Source: an uncultured Bacilli bacterium (GTDB lineage Bacteria > Bacillota_I > Bacilli_A > RF39 > UBA660). From it: 64,000 bases of DNA. A program made the position numbers and the translations under genes. Positions 59,335-64,000 of the stretch are shown here, piece after piece (position 1 is the stretch's first letter; each line of letters opens with the position of its first letter). The notes beneath the pieces are model-generated. The model was not told the DNA's origin. It was given only the letters and a program-made list of their open reading frames with translations, and did not search any database. The DNA lies in the NCBI GenBank assembly GCA_947632545.1, contig CANRPP010000002.1, positions 2,057 to 66,056 of the forward strand, in the 5' to 3' direction.

Positions 59335-60678
59335 TTATTTTTTATAATAAACTGCTAAACCATATTTCTCATCTATTTTTTCACAATTATTAATAATATA
59401 TTTAGCTAATTCTTTAGGAAACTGTGAATATTTATATTTATTATTATAATCTTCCATTGATACAATAAATATTCTATTATGAATATTATTTATTCTATTT
59501 ATAGTATTTTTTATACCATCATATCCATAATTTCCATAACAATAAATAGTTAAATATGGTATTATTTCCAAATCATTAGTGGTTATATAATATGGTGAGC
59601 TATAACCTATATATATAGGATTTTCAAACTTATTAATAAATTTGATTATCTTTAATTTTTGTTTATAATCATCTTTAAAGTTAAGTGTATATTTATAATG
59701 ATTATTTTTAGATATTGTAATATCATGATTTATATACCATATCATTATAAATACAGCTATAAATAATGAACTTATAATACAAACTCTACTTAATAATTTT
59801 TCATTTATTTTAATATATGGAATTAACATTATAGAAATGCAATTCAAATACATACTAAAATGAAAATAATCAAATAATGGTACTGTAAAAAAAAGACCAA
59901 AAAATAAATAATAATTACATATATTTTTCTTATTTTTTATAATAATAATTATACTTATAATCATAAATATAAATGTTAATATTACAAATAAATAATTTAT
60001 TTTACCTGAGGTAGCGCCATTATGATTTGCAAAATCAAATAATCCTAAAATACATAAATTTATAAAATCATTCATAGAACCTGTTACAAATAGATATATT
60101 ATAAATATAATTATTGGTATTATAAATCCTACTAATCTTTTAAATAATTTTTTCTTATCTTTATAATAAAATATAAGTGATGGAATAATTAAAAATATAC
60201 CTACAGTATGTTTTGATAATACTGCTAAAGCTATTACAAATCCGATTAGATAATCCTTATTAGAATATTTTTTTTCTAAATATACTAATACTACCATCAT
60301 AAAAAAACACATATAATTATAAGTACCGGTTAGGTTACAGTAACCTATCATTGATGTAATTAAAAGTAATATATAGGACTTTTTTCCATATAGGTTATAT
60401 ATAAGATAAAAACTTACTGCAACTAAAATACTTTGTGAAACTAAAAACATTGAAAAATCATCATACACATGTAATAAAATTGAAGTATAAAATGCATATA
60501 GTGGTGTTGTTATTAGATTATAGTCTAAATATGGTACTTTTCCAAATAATATTGCATGTGATGTAAAATAATTATATATAGGATCAGAGTAATTGTGCAT
60601 ACAATTTAAAATACAACAACTAAATAATGAAGCTAAAAAAATTATTAAATATTTATATAAACTTTTTAGTTTTTTCAT
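59335..60678 (-). CDS. polytopic membrane protein, GT-C-like glycosyltransferase candidate (paralogue 2)
   Basis: About 11 transmembrane helices plus an about 110-aa C-terminal soluble domain. First loop motif GKVPYLDYN. Paralogous to 60681..62030 (GLFDF...KNICNYY blocks). Confidence 0.45.
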   Translation of the reverse strand: MKKLKSLYKYLIIFLASLFSCCILNCMHNYSDPIYNYFTSHAILFGKVPYLDYNLITTPLYAFYTSILLHVYDDFSMFLVSQSILVAVSFYLIYNLYGKKSYILLLITSMIGYCNLTGTYNYMCFFMMVVLVYLEKKYSNKDYLIGFVIALAVLSKHTVGIFLIIPSLIFYYKDKKKLFKRLVGFIIPIIIFIIYLFVTGSMNDFINLCILGLFDFANHNGATSGKINYLFVILTFIFMIISIIIIIKNKKNICNYYLFFGLFFTVPLFDYFHFSMYLNCISIMLIPYIKINEKLLSRVCIISSLFIAVFIMIWYINHDITISKNNHYKYTLNFKDDYKQKLKIIKFINKFENPIYIGYSSPYYITTNDLEIIPYLTIYCYGNYGYDGIKNTINRINNIHNRIFIVSMEDYNNKYKYSQFPKELAKYIINNCEKIDEKYGLAVYYKK

Positions 60679-60680
60679 TT

Positions 60681-62030
60681 TTACCTCCTAGAATTTAAAA
60701 TATATACACTAAATTTTATATTATGATAATTAATAGTACCTATTTTTTTACCATTTGATATTATATATTTTAATACCTTTTTATTAAGTTGATTATATTT
60801 AATATTAATAGACTGCTCATCTATTATAAATATTGCATCCTTATTATTTTTTATTTCTTTTAATAGTTTTTCACTACCATTATATCCCCAATTACCTTCA
60901 TTAATTAAATCTAATTTATTTATATCTTGATTAGTAATTATCTTAAAATAATAAGCATTACTTGTTAAATTTATTATTTTTTTATCTTTATTTTTATTTA
61001 TAAAATTTATATATTTATCAGTAAATTTTATTTCATCATATCCAAGAAGTCTATATTCAAAGTTATTTACATTATTTGGATATATAATTTTATTTTTAAA
61101 CCTATCCTGTATATATAAAATTGAAATTATAGTAATTATTCCAAATACAAATAGTTTTAAATTTATTGGTATCTTTATATTATAATTTAATAATACTACC
61201 AGTATAAATATATTTATACCAATAAAGAAATGATATAAATCAAATATTGGTATTATTATTGATAAAAATGCTAATGCATAATAATTACAAATATTTTTAG
61301 GATCTTTTTTTATCATACTAATAATTATTAATAAAACTATAAATGTTAAAATTATACATATATTTAAGCTTCCATTTTTTTGTAAGAAATCAAATAAACC
61401 TAAAAAGCATAAATCTATAAAATCATTCATAGCACCTGTTACAAGTAAATATATTACAAATATAATAATAGGTACTATAAAGCTAGTAAATCTTTTTAAT
61501 AATTTTTTAGGTGTTTTATAGTATATTAAACTAGGAAGCAATAAACAAAGTCCAACTGATTGTTTAGTAAGTACTGCTAACGCAAGTAGAAATCCAATTA
61601 AATAGTCACTTTTATTATTTTTTTCTAACCATATAATTAAAATTAAAATACTATAAATAAATAAATTATAATTAGGACTAATTATAGGAAAAACAAAGAA
61701 ATAACTTAAAAATATTAACCAACCTTTTTCACCTAAAAGATCAAAAATAAAATATAAAGTTATAGTCATTATAATTGCCCATGTTATATGAAATACTAAT
61801 ATATTAGTACCAAATATATGAAAAGGAATAGACATTATAAATGGAAATAATGGAGTTATTATGAAGTTAAAATCTCTATATGGTATAAGTCCGTGACTTA
61901 TATTATAGCTAAAGCCAAAACACCAAACTTCTTCTGTACTTAACCATATAACAATTAAATTAAATACTAATATTACTGTAAAAATTAATATATATTTTAT
62001 GATGCCTTTTATTAGATTTTTTTTATTCAT
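60681..62030 (-). CDS. polytopic membrane protein, GT-C-like glycosyltransferase candidate (paralogue 1)
   Basis: Same architecture; first loop GLIPYRDFN. Confidence 0.45.
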   Translation of the reverse strand: MNKKNLIKGIIKYILIFTVILVFNLIVIWLSTEEVWCFGFSYNISHGLIPYRDFNFIITPLFPFIMSIPFHIFGTNILVFHITWAIIMTITLYFIFDLLGEKGWLIFLSYFFVFPIISPNYNLFIYSILILIIWLEKNNKSDYLIGFLLALAVLTKQSVGLCLLLPSLIYYKTPKKLLKRFTSFIVPIIIFVIYLLVTGAMNDFIDLCFLGLFDFLQKNGSLNICIILTFIVLLIIISMIKKDPKNICNYYALAFLSIIIPIFDLYHFFIGINIFILVVLLNYNIKIPINLKLFVFGIITIISILYIQDRFKNKIIYPNNVNNFEYRLLGYDEIKFTDKYINFINKNKDKKIINLTSNAYYFKIITNQDINKLDLINEGNWGYNGSEKLLKEIKNNKDAIFIIDEQSINIKYNQLNKKVLKYIISNGKKIGTINYHNIKFSVYILNSRR

Positions 62031-62033
62031 ATC

Positions 62034-62741
62034 CTACTCCATAATTTTAAAATGATTACCACTATCTAAGTATAGTATCCCTTTTTTACCACTTAGTTGA
62101 GCTAAAACTTTATTATAATAATTTATCATTTTTAATTTTGTTAAAGTAATATATACACTATTACCATCATCCATATATAATAAAAATCTATCTTTATCAT
62201 AATCTGTAGGTAAATATGTTATTTCTGATATTTTACCTAAAATATCTTTATCTATTTTTAACATTCCTTTAATAAGGGATGCATATTTTTTATCAGGAAC
62301 ATAATTCATAAGACGTGGTACTCTATCTATACTAATATTAGCATCTTTTTCAATTTCTTTTTTATTTTCTAATATTAATTTGTTATTTGCTGCATAATCA
62401 AATAAAACTCTGTTTTCATCAACATTAATAGTTACAATATGTCCTAAGCTTTTTTTTACTTTTACTTCTTTTATATATGGACTTTGTTTTAATCTTTTTT
62501 CTATTTTATTAGAAGTTGTATAATAAAAACTAGGATAATTATCTATATTAGCTAACTCTATTATATAATCATCTTTTAAATATTCTGTTCCAGTTATAAT
62601 AATATTTTTTATACTAGTATCTAAATATGAGTATATGGCAAACGAAATAACTCCTAGTATTAATATAACTAGAAGTAATCTAAAAACTCTTAATTTTTTT
62701 CTCTTTACTATTTTTTTTGCCATATCGTCCTCTATTACCAA
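62034..62741 (-). CDS. divIB: cell division protein DivIB/FtsQ
   Basis: Bitopic protein with a transmembrane segment followed by POTRA-like and FtsQ-type domains. Positioned between murB and ftsA. Confidence 0.65.
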   Translation of the reverse strand: MVIEDDMAKKIVKRKKLRVFRLLLVILILGVISFAIYSYLDTSIKNIIITGTEYLKDDYIIELANIDNYPSFYYTTSNKIEKRLKQSPYIKEVKVKKSLGHIVTINVDENRVLFDYAANNKLILENKKEIEKDANISIDRVPRLMNYVPDKKYASLIKGMLKIDKDILGKISEITYLPTDYDKDRFLLYMDDGNSVYITLTKLKMINYYNKVLAQLSGKKGILYLDSGNHFKIME

Positions 62742-63637
62742 TTTACAAATTCTTGCTCTACTATCATATCTACATTATATTTTTCTTTTACTTTTTCTTT
62801 TGCATAATTAATTAAATACATTATATCTTCACTTTTAGCATCCTTAAAATTAACTATAAAATTAGCATGTTTATCACTTATCATCGCACCACCATGCTTC
62901 ATACCTTTAAGACCTAAACTTTCAATTAATTCTCCAGAAAACATATCATTTGGATTTCTAAATACACTACCAGCACTAGGATAATTTAAAGGTTGTGAAT
63001 CAAGTCTTCTCTTAAGCCTATTTTTCATAAGGTTGTCTATTGCATCTTTATTTCCATAATTTAATTTTATTACTGCTTCTAAACATATATATTTAGGATG
63101 TGTTTTTAAAAAAGAAGTTCTATAATGGAAATTTAATTCTTTATTTTCTAACTCAATAATTCTATAATCTGGTGTTAATACTTTAATACTTCTAACAATG
63201 TAACCCATATCACTTTTATAGGCACCAGCATTCATAAATACTGCTCCTCCAACAGTACCTGGTATTCCTGCGGCAAATTCTAAACCTGTAAGTGAATTTT
63301 TCATAGCAATTTTTGATAATTTAATTAAAGAATATCCTGCACCTACTATTATACGATTTCCGTTAATTTCTAAATTATCAAAATCAGATAATTTTATTAA
63401 TACCCCATCATAATCTTTATCACTAAATAATAAATTAGAACCATTACCAATGATTTTAAATAAAACATTAGCCTGATTTAAAATCCTTATTAATAAAACT
63501 AATTTTTCTATTGTTGTAGGATAAACTATACATCTTGCTTTTCCTCCAACTTTATAAGTTGTATATTTTTTTAAGGAAATATTTTCTTCAATCTTACCTA
63601 TATTTTCCTTTTTTATTTTTTGTATTAACTCTTTCAT
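62735..63637 (-). CDS. murB: UDP-N-acetylenolpyruvoylglucosamine reductase
   Basis: FAD-binding domain (YTTYKVGGKA, GNGSNLL) and C-terminal MurB domain; 300 aa. Confidence 0.85.
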   Translation of the reverse strand: MKELIQKIKKENIGKIEENISLKKYTTYKVGGKARCIVYPTTIEKLVLLIRILNQANVLFKIIGNGSNLLFSDKDYDGVLIKLSDFDNLEINGNRIIVGAGYSLIKLSKIAMKNSLTGLEFAAGIPGTVGGAVFMNAGAYKSDMGYIVRSIKVLTPDYRIIELENKELNFHYRTSFLKTHPKYICLEAVIKLNYGNKDAIDNLMKNRLKRRLDSQPLNYPSAGSVFRNPNDMFSGELIESLGLKGMKHGGAMISDKHANFIVNFKDAKSEDIMYLINYAKEKVKEKYNVDMIVEQEFVNW

Positions 63638-64000
63638 TACTTATCTTCCTTAATAACTTTTTTTATTTCTTCATAAAATTTAGTTGCAGAATTTGTAACC
63701 CCTAATTTCTTTGCATTATATTTCATTTTTTTATATAAATCATTATTTGTTAGTATTTCATCTATTGCAGGTATTAATGTTTTATAAGAAAAATCATCTT
63801 CAGTTATCAATTTAGTAGCACCTCTATCTTCTAATTCTTTAGCATTTTTATATTGATGATTATTAGTAACATATGGAGATGGTACTAATATAGAAGGTAT
63901 TCCTATAGCAGTTATTTCTGCAATAGTTGATGCTCCTGCACGTGACACTATTAAATCTGTTTTTTTAAGTAAATTAATAAAATTATCTATATATGGTACT
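63637..64000 (-). CDS. murG: MurG glycosyltransferase, C-terminal part (gene continues beyond window end)
   Basis: C-terminal GT-B motifs (SRAGASTIAEITAIGIPSILVPSP). Open to the window edge. Confidence 0.8.
   Translation of the reverse strand, partial: VPYIDNFINLLKKTDLIVSRAGASTIAEITAIGIPSILVPSPYVTNNHQYKNAKELEDRGATKLITEDDFSYKTLIPAIDEILTNNDLYKKMKYNAKKLGVTNSATKFYEEIKKVIKEDK

Noticed and set aside
1-64000. CRISPR arrays, tRNA and rRNA genes
   Set aside because: No regularly spaced short direct repeats outside coding regions. The only notable tandem or direct repeats are intragenic: the Rpn-like gene and the Gly-rich codon repeats in the coupling protein. No tRNA-like cloverleaf was noticed by eye. 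A tRNAscan run would be needed to exclude them formally.

Overview
This window is AT-rich Firmicutes chromosome, most likely a Clostridium. It contains a core backbone and one large accessory island.

The core backbone includes trpS, rmuC, trmL, a U32 peptidase gene, trmK, sigA, dnaG, yqeH, yqeG, an intact sigK, pyk, mutM, polA, lexA, a murE-like gene, an arginase-family gene, ileS, ftsZ, ftsA, divIB, murB and a partial murG.

The accessory island is about 25.7 kb (about 4873..30600). All of its genes are on the minus strand. It sits between a rhodanese/DedA/rmuC block on the left and trmL on the right. It combines two modules:
- A type IV secretion module: a VirD4-type coupling protein, a VirB4 ATPase with a separately encoded N-terminal piece, a VirB3-like protein, a VirB6-like polytopic protein, two tandem VirB2-like paralogs, and a SpoIID plus Cys-peptidase cell-wall hydrolase.
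- A Tad/Flp (type IVb) pilus module: a TadZ-like protein with a degenerate P-loop, a TadE-like protein, an Flp-like pilin, TadC, TadB, the CpaF/TadA ATPase and CpaB.

The island also carries a sortase, a 1132-aa cysteine-rich secreted protein, and two paralogous membrane-anchored surface proteins. No relaxase, integrase or replication gene is recognisable, so it does not look like a classical integrative conjugative element. It is the best candidate here for an undescribed system.

Other features found:
- Two T-box leaders on the minus strand. One has an Ile (AUC) specifier ahead of a CaCA antiporter and ileS. The other has a probable Asn specifier ahead of a truncated unknown gene.
- Two SOS-box-like palindromes between lexA and a divergent 51-codon membrane peptide.
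- An Rpn/YhgA-like nuclease-transposase gene with an internal direct repeat.
- Tandem paralogous polytopic membrane proteins between divIB and ftsA.
- Several intrinsic terminators.

All calls are made by eye from motifs and gene order. No database searches were run.
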